Assembly: GCA_951406725.2 (NCBI GenBank)
Contig: OX597840.1
Location: 2,418,001-2,482,000, forward strand
DNA: 64,000 nt
Source of the DNA: Octopus vulgaris
Lineage: Eukaryota
Direction of reading: 5' to 3'
Numbering within the stretch: the first letter of the stretch is position 1; the number at the start of each line of letters is the position of its first letter. This document shows, one piece after another, positions 31,840 through 47,438 of the stretch. The position numbers were made by a program, and so were the translations under genes. The notes beneath the pieces were generated by a model, which was not told where the DNA came from, ran no database searches, and saw only the letters and a list, made by a program, of their open reading frames with translations.

Positions 31840-32933
31840 AATAACAAAAGGAAATATCGCCAAATATGTATCAACATGTATTGAAATATGTTGTATCAAC
31901 AAAAACATAAATATTCCCAGAATATACCCGTGTATTCTTTACACCCGGCAGATACATCTTGGAGTAATATTATTCTAGCTATGGCCCTTTCGTCGATTCT
32001 AGTGTAATTTGTTACCGACTATAGAATTTTACGACGTTATCTATAGGAGCCTCAATGATTTCCTTAAACATGGCCTGTGCATCAGGAGGCATCATTCCTG
32101 GCAGAGGTAGTGCTAATATAATATGAGCTGGCTTTTGATCAAACCTTACTGGATTGCCTGGGCGGAGAATATATTGCTTGAAAAACTCCAAATCCCCTAA
32201 TAAGCTTATGAAATATTTTTATGCATCAAAATAAAATGTATGAGAAAACAGAGTAATACTCTAATAATAGGTAATATTTGCCAATGTATTTTGCCACAGC
32301 AGAGAGGCGGACAGAACTTAGAACAATATTATTCCATCCATGGCCATTTCATTATTGCAAGTATAATATGCCTCTGACTTTACAATTTTGAAATATTGTC
32401 TACGGAGAGAGCAAATAGAGCTTCAACACACTGATGGATCCGGATGTGTGAATCCTGAGAGGTGTAAAGCTACACGTGATAATAACACCTGGACACAAGT
32501 TGGTGTTGAATCAACCGCGACTGACACGCTTGGCTGAGAAAATCAAATTGAAAACAAGAAATCCCAAATAATACAAGGACGCTTCACAGATGATGTGCCA
32601 ACATGCATCGGAAATTGATGAATTTTTAAATTAGAGTTGTTTGCATCTATTTGGAACGGTAACTTTTAAGCAAAGTCAAGCAATTTTATTACACACTATA
32701 CCAAGTTTTAGTTCGGAATACTTCTTGTATATCTTAAGAATGGTAGAATGGCAAACGTTTGAAATCAAAGTTAATGCCTCTGGCGACAGACCATCTACAG
32801 CACACATGTAGAGCGTTAGACAAATTCTGGCATCCATATCTTTACAAGCCAATGCTTGGATTTCTGATGAATTAAAACCGAAGTTTGGTGAGAAGCAGAT
32901 TATTCACTTACTATAAGTTTCAGGGCATTCATG

Positions 32934-32985
<52 letters not shown>

Positions 32986-33289
32986 TGTATGTATGTATGT
33001 ATGTATGTATGTATGTATGTATGTATGTATGTATAAATGTATATCGGTCGGTAAGTAAGCACATATCTCTATATTTACATATGTATGTATGCATGTGTAT
33101 GAATGTAATGTGTGTATGTCTTATGTAATTAGAGACGAATGTTTCTGAAAGTATAGTTAAGTTACTCGTCAGTCATTTCAACTTTCGATTTTGCAAATAC
33201 ATTGAAATATTATTATAAGTTATATCTCGAACCCACCCTCTCCTATTTCTCTCTCTCTCCCACTCTATCGCGCCTCCTCTCACTATATA

Positions 33290-33321
<32 letters not shown>

Positions 33322-33380
33322 CTTATATAAACATATACTTAGATAGATTGATACATAGATAGGCCGACAGACAGGCAGAC

Positions 33381-33413
<33 letters not shown>

Positions 33414-33892
33414 TGCATATATATATATTTATACATATATGTGTGTGTGTGCATATATGTGTATGTGTTTGTTTGTTTGTGTATTTGCGTATGCGTGTGT
33501 GTTTGTTTGTGTATGTTTGTGTGTGTCTTTCTCTCCGTGTATGTATGTATGTGAGTGTGAGTGTGTGTGTGTGCGTGTGTATGTGTGCGTACGTGTATGT
33601 ATATTTACAAAATTGTCATTGATATTTTTGCGAATAACTCATAAATACTTTTACATCCGCTTTGATAAATTTTGGTCCGTCACACTGAGAGAAATTTTCC
33701 CCAGACATGACTAATCAAGTATGGAATTTTGGAGATTCATGCATAAAATTTATATCGGAAAACAAAATACAACAGAATAGAGGAACACAAGAATATGAGA
33801 AGGATGAAGACAAATACGAATAAAGAAATATATTATATTACAATTGAAGACACAGAATAACTATGATATACATATATACATATATATATATG

Positions 33893-33964
<72 letters not shown>

Positions 33965-34215
33965 ATTATATATATTTATATATATATTTATATATATATA
34001 TATATATATATATAGATAAGTATACATAATTTATTCATATATACATATGTGTGTATATCTATATATGTATATATATATGTGTATATATGTGTATTTATGA
34101 CTATATATAGTCAAAACGCAGAGGTTATCCAAAAGAAATTTAAAAAGCAAAGCGTAGTGTGAAAAATATGAATCGTTGTCTAAATTAAAATTTTGTGAAA
34201 AGATTTGTTATAAAT

Positions 34216-34216
<1 letters not shown>

Positions 34217-34259
<43 letters not shown>

Positions 34260-34264
34260 TGATG

Positions 34265-34316
<52 letters not shown>

Positions 34317-34935
34317 GAAATAATAATAATAATAATAATAATATTAATAATAATAAAAATATTTATAATAATAATAAGAAGAAGAAGAAGAAATAATATT
34401 AATAATAATAAAAATGATAATAATAATAATAATAATGACAAAAACAATAATATTATAACAATGTAAAATAAAATGTATTTTCTTTAATTCAGACATTATG
34501 TTAATTCATTTTCCTTTTGTGCATTGGTAGTTATAACCATAACAAAAATGATAATAATAACAGTAATAATAATAATAATAATAATATTAATAATAATAAT
34601 GATAATAACAAAAATAATAATAATAATAATAATGATGATAATAATATTAATAATAATAATAATAATAATAACAACAACAATAACGATGAAGACGAGGAGG
34701 GGGAGGATAGGGGAGGAGGAGGAAATAATAACAAAAATAATGATAATAGTATATAACAATAACGGCGGTGATGACGTTGTCAATGTGGAATGCTATGATG
34801 CTGACGACGTCGTTGATGACGGCCAAGACCGTGATGATGATAGTGGGGATGATGAGAGAGACGACGACGACGACGACGCCGACGATGACGACGTTGATGA
34901 TCCTGATGATGGTGATGGTGATGATGATGATAATA
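34217..34935. repeat. AAT/GAT/GAC trinucleotide mosaic
   Basis: Direct inspection. Confidence 0.95.
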
Positions 34936-35113
34936 TTGAATTTTGAATAAATAAACAATATATAGACAAATAAGTCGAAGAATAAAAAATAATTCCGAAA
35001 CGGGTCTAATGAGTGATTGTTGACTTGTTGGTGTTTGTGCGTATATAAGTACGTGTATATAAATATATATATGGCCGCAGCTCTGAGCTGAAACTAGAAA
35101 AAAATATATATAT

Positions 35114-35145
<32 letters not shown>

Positions 35146-35158
35146 GTGTTTATATATG

Positions 35159-35206
<48 letters not shown>

Positions 35207-35321
35207 AATTTATACGTGTTTAACGTGTTTATATATGTGTATAAGTGCGTATGCGCGTATATGTATAGGTATAGGTATATATATATATATTTATATATAT
35301 ATATATGTATATATATATATC

Positions 35322-35393
<72 letters not shown>

Positions 35394-35854
35394 TGCATGT
35401 ATGTGCGTCTGAATTCGTATGTGTGTAGCTTTGTGACTTCTTACAAAGGAAAACTTTGAAGAATGGAAGACCGATTAAACATACATACTTAGACACATAC
35501 ATAGAGATGTGTATGACTGTATACTCACATACATGAACATAGATATATTCACTCATAAACATACTCACACATACATATATATATACACACATATATATAT
35601 ATATATGCACACACATATATGTATATATATATACACATACATATATATACATATACATACACATGTACATATATATTTCTATGTGTGAGTGTGTGTGTGC
35701 GAGTATTATATGTTAGTGCGCGTATACATTTTTCTGCTATTAATAAATTTGGTGTATTGTATGACGATTATTTATTTATAATACCGTACAGAGTGCCATA
35801 CACAGATAGCCATACCCAAGTACAAGTATATATATATATATACATATACATATA

Positions 35855-36019
35855 TACGACGGGCTTCTTTCAGTTTCTATCTACCAAATCCACTCACAAG
35901 GCATTGGTCGGCCCGAAGCTATAGTAGAAGACACTTGCCCAAGGTGTCACGCTGTGTGACTGAACCCGGAACCATGTGGTTGGTAAGCAAGCTACTTATC
36001 ACACAGCCACTCCTGCGCC
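35855..36019 (-). mobile_element. SINE family A, 5' half
   Basis: Match to family A. Confidence 0.85.
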
Positions 36020-36074
<55 letters not shown>

Positions 36075-36237
36075 TACATATATATAAGAATGATGACCAC
36101 TAAGTGGACATCCAATATGCTAGATGTAGACCCAGTATGGTCTGACCACTAAGAAAAAGAGTGTTCTCAAGAAAATTCAGCAAACGCCAGAACGTAAGCG
36201 AGTAAGACAAATGAAAAGATACAAAATATAATGATTA

Positions 36238-36309
36238 GTCACATACCAGATTTCATTGTTACAACCTACATAACTATATACGTAAATGTCCGTAATTCTT
36301 CAGTGTGAC
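36238..36309 (-). ncRNA. type I hammerhead-like motif with long stem II
   Basis: Minus strand GTCACA-CTGAAGA-ATT..AAT-GAAA-TCTGG-TA-TGTGAC; perfect 6-bp stem I; GTA triplet. Confidence 0.65.
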
Positions 36310-36494
36310 CGCCATAGCGAAATATAATTTGCAGAACTAAACATGAGACGTCCAAACGAGAATGAACATGCATAGAGTTTTGCCAATTACATTCGGGGGT
36401 AAATTTCAAATGTCATCGTTTTGGCGCACCAAAAACCGGAAATAACTCTAAAGAAAATAATTTAAATATTCAAATTTATATATGTATTTATTTA

Positions 36495-36760
36495 TTTATT
36501 TAAAGCAGCAGAAAATTCAACACAACCTGTTACTCTGAGTTTCAAGTTGCCATTCATCACACAGTTTTTGCTAGAATAGAACCGATATGTCAATATCGGT
36601 TCTATTCTAGCAAAAACTGTGTGATGAATGGCAACTTGAAACTCAGAGTAACAGGTTGTGTTGAATTTTCTGCTGCTTTAAATAAAGCATATTACTCTAC
36701 CACTGGTATTTGAGTACTCTTTTTTCCACCTTGTATCACATTTATGTGTTTACTCCGGTA
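36495..36760. mobile_element. Penelope-like pLTR with 94-bp perfect fold-back and HHR remnant
   Basis: 36495-36686 inverted arms with a 4-nt loop; CTGT-GTGATGA..GAAA-CTCAGAG-TA-ACAG; same family as 59943-60090. Confidence 0.75.
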
Positions 36761-37428
36761 TATATATATTTATAAAGGTGTTCACTGCTTAAATTTGTGG
36801 AAACAAACCCCACAAAAAACGAGTAACACGAGAATACGTAGTCCGATTTACGGGAAACTTGTTTTATTCCGTTTGTATTCACAATTTAGGGGTACCTTAT
36901 TTTCAGAGTATTTTTCCATTATGCGTTGGTTTGGTTGTATTAAATTATATACAAGAACGCAAGTAAACAAGCAATCATAGAATTTTGGTAGTATATAGAT
37001 AGTGTAGCAGTCGCATCAGATTAGTCCGTTGTTTTAACATAAGATTGTCACCCAGAGATGGAGGTATTAAATCCATAGGTCTTATATATGTTTTCAGGAG
37101 TTGATTTGTGATGTTTATGTTCCGTTCGTATCGTACTGTGCAGAGGTGTGACTTTTTTGCGTACATGCAGCTAGTTAATCTCTCCGAAAATCGATAAAAG
37201 ACCTTATCGTTCATTAAGAATATTATTATCTCAACTAACACTGCGGAATACCTGAAGCAGGTCCAGCGGAAATATACCCCAGCTGTGTATGACAACGGGC
37301 GGCCTAAACTGTGAACGGGCCTTGCACAACACACTAATTGGCATGTACACATTACACACACACACATGCACAAACACACACTCTCACACTCTCGTACAGA
37401 CACGCACTTACGCACGTACATACATATA

Positions 37429-37466
<38 letters not shown>

Positions 37467-37618
37467 TGTATAATAATGTAATACAAATGTCTTACTTTCC
37501 AGTAAAAGATAGTAAAAGACAGTATATACGCAGTGAAGCTATACTATAGCGTCGTATTTATATGGGTTGCTATTTTCCAGTAAATATTGGTATCTTGTAC
37601 CATTTATCTACTTTTATA

Positions 37619-37697
<79 letters not shown>

Positions 37698-37700
<3 letters not shown>

Positions 37701-37861
37701 GCAGGAGTGGCTGTGTGGTAAGTAGCTTGCTAACCAACCACATGGTTCCGGGTTCAGTCCACTGCGTGGCATCCTGGGCAAGTGTCTTCTGCTATAGCCC
37801 CGGGCCGACCAATGCCTTGTGAGTGGATTTGGTAGACGGAAACTGAAAGAAGCCTGTCGTA

Positions 37862-37903
<42 letters not shown>

Positions 37904-38127
37904 GTGTGTGTATGTGTGTCTGTGTTTGTCCCCCTAGCATTGCTTGACAACCGATGCTGGTGTGTTTACGTCCCCGTCACTTAGCGGTTCGGCAAAAATG
38001 AGACCGATAGAATAAGTACTGGGCTTACAAAGAATAAGTCCCGGGGTCGATTTGCTCGACTAAAGGCGGTGCTCCACATGGCCGCAGTCAAATGACTGAA
38101 ACAAGTAAAAGAGAAAAGAGTAAAAGA

Positions 38128-38130
<3 letters not shown>
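37698..38130 (+). mobile_element. SINE family A
   Basis: Match to family A. Confidence 0.9.
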
Positions 38131-38190
<60 letters not shown>

Positions 38191-38277
38191 CACACATACA
38201 CGTACATATAATGCACATACACGAATACGTACATGTGCACATACATATATACGTAAATATACATTGAAGCACAAATA

Positions 38278-39174
38278 CAGGCTGCGATGAATATATTGTC
38301 GTCTAAAATAAGCAAAAATGAAAATAACACTGACATCTCATTTTAAGAGATATATTTACCAAAATTACACAAAAATATCTTGAAATACTGAAGAGTAAAT
38401 TTATTCCATAAAATCACAATTGGCTTCAACCACGGCCTCTACGCGACTTCAGAATCTCTTGCAATTCTCTGCACGGTTTCCTTGTTTAATTTTGTTAATG
38501 CTGCCATACTCATTACCTTCAGTTAATCTTTGAACATACAAGGTGTTTTGTTAGTCTCTCGCTCAACTGCGCCCCACACATAATAATCAAAGGGGTTGTA
38601 GTCTGGGGAGTTAGCTGGCTAGATGTTAGGGGTGGTATGATTGCAAATGTGATTAAGAGTGATGTGGTCTGACAGCCATGACTGGGTTCTCCTGCTTGTG
38701 TGGCATGTTGCAGAGTCCTGTTGCCAGACATAGGGTCTTCCAGCAGCCACCTTCTTCACACAGGGCAGCACTACTTCCTCTAGGCACTTGATGTAGGCTT
38801 CCGTGTTGAGTCTGAGTCCCTGTGGGAAGATGAATGGAGGTATAACGTCGCCATCACTAGTAATCACACGAAACACCATGATGTTGACTAGATGTTTGAT
38901 TTTTATCACTCTCGGTACATGCTTTGCGGACACGGCAAGCTAACGATTGTCCTGCTTCACAATCTGTTCGCAGTGGAGCTTACGACGTGAATGCCAAAAA
39001 CTAGAACGTGGTTTCCAAGTTTCTGGCAGAGTGAATTGCATCATTTAACACTTTCTTCACAGACGGTGCCCAACTGACCCTACTGGTCTGTGTAGTTGAT
39101 GAAATCAAAAACAAACAATGCGCATGCACCAAGTTAAAATTGTAAAATGGTCACAATTTATCCATCGCACACTC
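38278..39174 (-). mobile_element. internally deleted maT/DD37D-like Tc1-mariner transposon
   Basis: YVWQQDSATCHT...PANSPDYNPFDYYVWG motifs; degenerate TIRs CAGGCTGCGATGAATATATTGT / ACAATTTATCCATCGCACACTC. Confidence 0.8.
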
Positions 39175-39408
39175 TACGTATATGTACACAAGCATGCATA
39201 CATCTGCACATAGAGATATGCGTAAATACTCATATATATATAGACACGTATCCATACATATACATACAACAGCTATATATATTCACAGGCCTTTGACTTG
39301 TGACCAGTTTGATAAATAATCTACAGATGTGGTCCAATTTGTTTTTTGATCAAAAGTTTTCTCCATTTTCTGATTATTTAAAGACACACAGACAAAGACA
39401 CATTTATA

Positions 39409-40578
39409 CGAGGGACGTTCAATAAGTAATGCCCCTGACCCACTTGCAGTTGTTTGATCTAGCTAAAATTTTGCATGTGCAATTATTTCTATCTCTATAG
39501 ATTAAGTGGCAAATTACAGCTCTGAACTAATTGTGATGTTTGATTTACAGGTGTTTGAACTGAATCAAGTGTGATATGGAGCCTGTTGAGTGTCGAGCAG
39601 TGATCCGGTTTTGTATTTGAAAGGACGCACACCACGGGAGACTTTTGATGAAATGAAAGTAACTTATGGTGATGATGCCCCATCATATGACCTTGTAAAA
39701 CGCTGGTATCGGGAATTCAAACATGGTCGGAACTCTGTGGAAACAGCTCCCAGATCTCGTCGCCCCCCTTCTGCCATTGATGAGGCATCTGTCCGTCAAG
39801 TTGAGGCTGCCATTTTGGAAGATCGACGCATAACTATTTGCCAAAAAGCCCATGAGGTCAAGATTAGTACCGGGTCTGTGGAAACTATCATTCATGACCA
39901 TTTGCATACGCAAAAGGTCTCTGCCAGATGGATTCCCAGGTTGTTCACACCTTTCCAGAACCAAGAACGCGTCGAGTGCTCGAGGATGAATTTGGAGATG
40001 TGCCAAGAAGATGAGTCAAAATCTTTCAAAAGACTGATTACACAGGATGAAACCTAGGTCCATCACTATGATCTAGAGACCAAATCCCAGTCAATGCAGT
40101 GGAAGCACCGTGACTCACCTCCTCCAAAGAAGGCAAGGGCGCAGCCCACCGCTGGTAAGGTCATGCTCACAGTCTTCTGGGACCAGGACGGAGTACTGAT
40201 GACAGATTTCCTGGCAGAGGGTACCACAATTACAGGAGCCTATTATGCTTCACTCTTGAGGAAATTAAGAGAAGCTATCAAAATCAAGAGGCGGGGCAAG
40301 ATCAGCAAAGGCATCCTCCTCCTGCAGGACCACGCTCCGGTCCACAACTCGCGTGTTGCGAGATCAGAAGCACAGGTGTGCGGCTATGAAATCCTCCCCC
40401 ATCCCCCAACTCTCCTGACCTTGCACTCTGATTTACACTTCTTCCCAGGCATGAGGTTGTTTTTGAAAGGAAAGCGTTTCCCAGATAATACAGCCTTGAG
40501 TCACGTCGTGGTTGGAGGACCAAGCTGGGGTCTTCTACAAAAACGGTCTCCTGAGCTGCATCAAACAACGGGAGAAAT
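39409..40578 (+). mobile_element. mariner transposon pseudogene (DD34D), 3' end lost
   Basis: TA-CGAGGG left end; ATG at 39576; motifs WIPRL, ITQDET*, LLQDHAPVH, HPP..SPDL; frameshifts and a stop. Confidence 0.92.
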
Positions 40579-40660
40579 GATTTTCGTCACATATACTCCG
40601 TCTCCCACTTCCTCTCTCCCTCTCTCTTTCTCTCTCACATACACACTTACATATATACAC

Positions 40661-40713
<53 letters not shown>

Positions 40714-41531
40714 GAGAGAGAGAGAGATTAAGAAATGGAGTGAAACGCAGGTGTTATTCAAATATTTATGCTTACGACATATGTTTCGAAGAAAACATTG
40801 ATATTATTCCGGAGGGAATAAAATGTAAAACAATGCAATCAGTTCGTCGGCGAAAAAAAGAGAAACAAACACACCAATAAGCCATTTTAACCGAACGTGA
40901 TTACCGCGTATATGATGAAGGGGGACGCTGGCAAGTTATTTTTAAAAAAAAAAACCGTTAATAGATTTAACGTCAAATGCAATTTAGTGAAAGAAAAGGG
41001 GGAGAAAAAAGAAACTAACGGAAAATATATAGTGGAGAAATATAATGCGATAGATGAATGGGAATAGATATATGTAGTGGCACTTATGTGAATTCTTGCT
41101 ACCTTTGTAACTATTTATTTCTTTTTTCCGTGTTATTTGTACACATTGAAAAAATACACACATACACACACACACACACAAATATATATATGGTGTGACA
41201 CGAAGTCGCTGAATGTTTAGGGGTATTATTTATACTTCATTACACTTGTTCCATTTGCTAATAGGAATTACAAAATTGAACATGTCGGATACATGTGTTA
41301 GAAATTTCTAATTACAAATTCTCTTGACACGAGAAAAGTAATAGATTATTTTTATACCTTTTGGTATACATTATTATATTAACACATTATTAATTAATCC
41401 AATATTATCTGATTCACTGTCTCAAAAATTGCTAATAATATACTTCATACATGTTCACATGACATGTACAGTTTTGTAATTGCTCTTAACAAATGAAACA
41501 TGTACAAAAGTAAATATATAGTAAAAATATA

Positions 41532-41919
41532 GGCGTAGGAGTGTCTGTGTGGTAAGTAGCTTGCTAACCAACCACATGGTTCCGGGTTCAGTCCGACTAC
41601 GTGGCATCTTGGGCAAGTGTCTTCTGCTATAGCCCCGGGCTGACCAATGCCTTGTGAGTGGATTTGGTAGACAGAAACTTAAAGAAGCCTGTCGTATATA
41701 TGTATATATATATATTTGTGTGTATATGTGTTTGTGTGTCTGTGTTTGTCCCACTAGCATTGCTTGACAACCGTCACTTAGCGGTTCGGCAAAAGAACCG
41801 ATAGAATAAGTACTGGGCTTACAAAGAATAAGTCCCGGGGTCGATTTGCTCCACTAAAGGCGGTGCTCCAGCATGGCCGCAATCAAATGACTGAAACAAG
41901 TAAAAAAGTAAAAGAGTAT
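41532..41919 (+). mobile_element. SINE family A
   Basis: Match to family A. Confidence 0.9.
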
Positions 41920-42226
41920 ATAAAGCCCCCAAAACTTATCCATGTTCGTCTTTTGAAATATAATAATTCTGCAAGCAATATGTCCAGAATATTTTACCCT
42001 TATAAACTGACGAGCATTAATCAAATGCAAAATCATTGGTGTTCTAGGTGTGCACCGGTTTTGTAGGGAGCATGCCTCCTTTGTCAGTCATACAATAAGT
42101 GCGTTCTCGTGACTAAGGGTTGTTTGACGCGTATTTCTGGCAATGTTAGTGCTAACTGGTAACCTTAGTCACTTTAGGGATGTCTATAGTTTTGCCTTTC
42201 GCTTACAAACTGCGAAGAACATTTAT

Positions 42227-42297
<71 letters not shown>

Positions 42298-42384
42298 TAA
42301 ATAAAAATATATGCATACATACAAACATATATGTACGTACCTGCATCTACATGTATATATACATGCATATATAAATAATTATAC

Positions 42385-42944
42385 GTGAGTACAGGACACC
42401 ACAATAAGACGTAGAAACGGAAAAAAATCAAAAAAACAAAAAACAAGAAAACGAAAAAAAACAGTTACAGGACGTGCTACACAAGGAAAAAACTCCCGTC
42501 ATCAGCTGTCGCTAGTAGAGTCAAGCATGTTTCGAAGGCAGAGACAGAACACTAATCCACTAGGCCTTCCTGCGAGTGAATTAAAATAAAATTCCAAGCA
42601 GCGGGGCAAAATGAGTACGAACACGAACAGGACGTAACAATAAAACTGCAAAAATAACAATACATGTACAAAAAATACAAATAAATACAAAACGAGAAAA
42701 TGAAAAGGGAATACGATACAGGAAATCAAACACACAAGAGCACGAACGAAAAAGCCTTTTTTTCTGGCATAGACGAAGGATACTGTGGCAGCGGGTGGAA
42801 GGCAGTCTTTTCAGTGGTAAGAGCAACGTATAAAAGAAAATTTTATAGGCTGGCAGTTAGGAAGAAGGAAGGAGGAGGGGGACACGTTGCTCTTACTACT
42901 GAAAAGACTGCCTTCCACGCGCTGCCACAGTATCCTTCGTCTAT
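42385..42944 (-). mobile_element. Penelope-like terminal fragment ending in a 61-bp inverted repeat
   Basis: Minus strand GCGACAGCTGATGACGGG resembles 16370-16388; arms at 42769-42829 and 42884-42944. Confidence 0.55.
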
Positions 42945-43141
42945 ACATACAATCTTACATAATACACATACACGACCAAACCCTTGAGAGGGTTTTGGTA
43001 GACAGAAACTGAAAGAAGCCTGTCGTATGTCTGTGTATATACATGTGTATATATATATGTTTCTGTGTATATGTGTGTGTGAGTGTGTGTGTGTATGTGT
43101 GTGTGTGTGTGTGTGTGTTTGTGTGTGTGTGTTTGTCTGTA

Positions 43142-43890
43142 CAGCCTTTGCCAAAATTATTAGGCCACCCCAATGTTTTGGGCTTCTGCTATCTTAATGT
43201 TAACGAAACACGTGCACATGGTAGATTATGGTGTATTTCACAATGCACATTCATTTTGATATCTGGTTGACCCTCCTTTAGCATCAATTACCGCTTTTAT
43301 ACTGTACTGTACATATGCAACCAATTATGAGTAAGACCATCGTCCATAATAAACCTCTGTTTCCTTGATTATTTCAGAATTTTATGCTAAAAGACATTGT
43401 AAGTACAGTTACTAAACAGTAAAATGCCTAAAACAAGCAAGTTGAGTGAGTGTGAGCGAGGTCAAATCGTAGATTATCATGTAGATGGAATGTCTTAAAG
43501 ATGAAATCTTCTCGATGTGCAGTGCAAACGACTCTGAAGCACTTCAGAGAGACAGAAGATGTGAAGACAATACAAAGAACAGGTATAAAAAAGGTTACAT
43601 CACCTCGTGATGACAGATCCCTCATCCGCCAGTCGCTGAGAAAGAGGAGAAAAACATCGTCGGAGCTCTGTGCAGACTTCAGTGTGGCAAATACTTCACG
43701 AATACCAACCAGAACTGTTAGAAGAAGGCTTGTAGAGTACGGTCTGAAAGGCTGAAATGCCATGAAGAAGCCGTGAGTTTCTGCAGCGATTGTGGAAAAG
43801 CGTCTTTAGTGGGCCAAAAACCACTTAAATTGGACCAGTGAGCAATGGTCAAAAGTCATATGATCTGATGAAAGTAAGTATGAGGTAAGA
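43142..43890 (+). mobile_element. Tc1-like transposon 5' half (pseudogene)
   Basis: TA-CAG..GCCAAAATTATTAGGCCAC TIR; ATG at 43424; TSPRDDRSLIR, RTVRRRL, W..EQWSKVI.SDESKY motifs. Confidence 0.88.
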
Positions 43891-44094
43891 TAGTACATGT
43901 ATTCAATCAACATATAAAATTATATCTCCATATGTTTATATATATATATATGAATATATAATATATGTATATATACATACATATATATGTCTATATATAT
44001 GTATAACACACACACACACACTCACATATATGTATATTTATATATGTATATATGTGTGTATGTATGTATGTATGTATGTATGTATGTATGTATG

Positions 44095-44125
<31 letters not shown>

Positions 44126-44699
44126 GCTGAACACATTTAAACTTAATATATCTAGATATGAGTCAGTGTGGCTGTATATGCATTCGGGGAAGTGACGGTA
44201 TGCATATGTGGTTGCGAATATATTTCTGTCTCAAGTTATTGCATCATACCTCTCCTAAAATCATATTGGAGAGGCAATCCACAAACTGCACTCTCAAGAA
44301 ATTTCGCCTACAAGCTTTCCCATTTTACCTCAAGAGCTCCTATATACATTTCAGTAGGTTTTCCGTCTTATGAAATTACATTTCACTTAACACAAATTTG
44401 TAGATATATAGTAATGCGTTTATATGTGTTTCTTCCTAAACCTAATCTATTTTTTCTGTTTCGTGTCCAAACAACAACTGCATATATCTATCAACAAGAA
44501 GCAATGCATGTATATGATATGAATGTTGGCATGCTTGCATGTATGCATGTATGCATTGATATAAGTCTGCATTTACATGCACATGTAAATTGTAAAAGTA
44601 TGCAGTAACTGTAACTGTAAAAGTATGCAGGCATGTAAATATGGCTGCAGGTATATTGTCATTATAGCGCGCGTAAACAGTATTCATGTTAATTTTTTG

Positions 44700-44922
44700 C
44701 ACGGGACCCGCTATTTCGGGGAGGAGGTAAGTTCAACTTGTACTTATCGAGCCCTAAAGGAATTCAACTATTACTTATCGAGCCTAAAAGGAGTTCAACT
44801 AGTACTTATCGAGCCCTACAGGATAAAACATGGAGTCGACCTCGGCGGAATCTGTACTCAGAAGGTAAAAGACGGCGAAATACCGCTGAGCGTTTGGGCT
44901 AAGATTTCTGCCAGCTCACCGT
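44700..44922 (-). mobile_element. old SINE family B with internal ~30-bp triplication
   Basis: TTCAACT.GTACTTATCGAGCC repeated three times. Confidence 0.7.
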
Positions 44923-45389
44923 CTTGCCTGCGTATATATTATAACAACGCACGAAATAGTTTCGTTTCTTTTTTTAAAAAAAAAAAGGAAAAATGAACAC
45001 ATGTATATGTACACATTGAATACATATACATGACATAAGCAGTCATGTATTCATATATACGTATAACAATCTATCTAACTCACAATCTACGTACCTCTCT
45101 ATTTATCAACGAAACTATGTATCTATATATTTACATCTCTCTATCTGTCTATCTACCTCTCTCTCTCTCTCTCTCTCTATCTTTATATATATATATATAT
45201 ATATATATGCATCTGTGTATACATACATATATTGTACATACATACATACAAACACACACACACATACATTAGCTCGCAGGTGTTTTTGAGATTTGAAGAA
45301 GTTGCTATATTAATAAATATTATAATAAATATTAGTATAATTTAGTCTGGTAAGGTGTAAATGTATGCCTATGTGCTGTCTCATACGTC

Positions 45390-47230
<1,841 letters not shown>

Positions 47231-47363
47231 GGAGACTACAACAAAAGAACTACAAGCTAGACCTTTCTTTAATAAACATAAAAAATTTCGTTTCGCTCCA
47301 GAAAGTAAATAAATTGGGTACATCAGACGGGTGTTTGTTTTCTATCTCTGTGTACCGAAATAG

Positions 47364-47438
47364 GTGATGGTTCAACCTCACTAATGTCTGCTCTTGTCAG
47401 ATCGTTCAAAGAAAGGGTTGACGTCTGTCAACAGAGAG
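47364..47438 (+). CDS. candidate exon (75 bp, phase 1-1): xDGSTSLMSALVRSFKERVDVCQQR
   Basis: Pyrimidine tract then AATAG|, donor GAG|GTTAGT; only one frame is open. Confidence 0.4.

Noticed and set aside
40094-40801. Intact or domesticated mariner transposase
   Set aside because: Frameshifts, an internal stop and read-through into microsatellite
44156-44197. Possible 42-bp plus-strand exon upstream of 47364
   Set aside because: Phase-compatible, but the acceptor is weak and such a match is expected by chance
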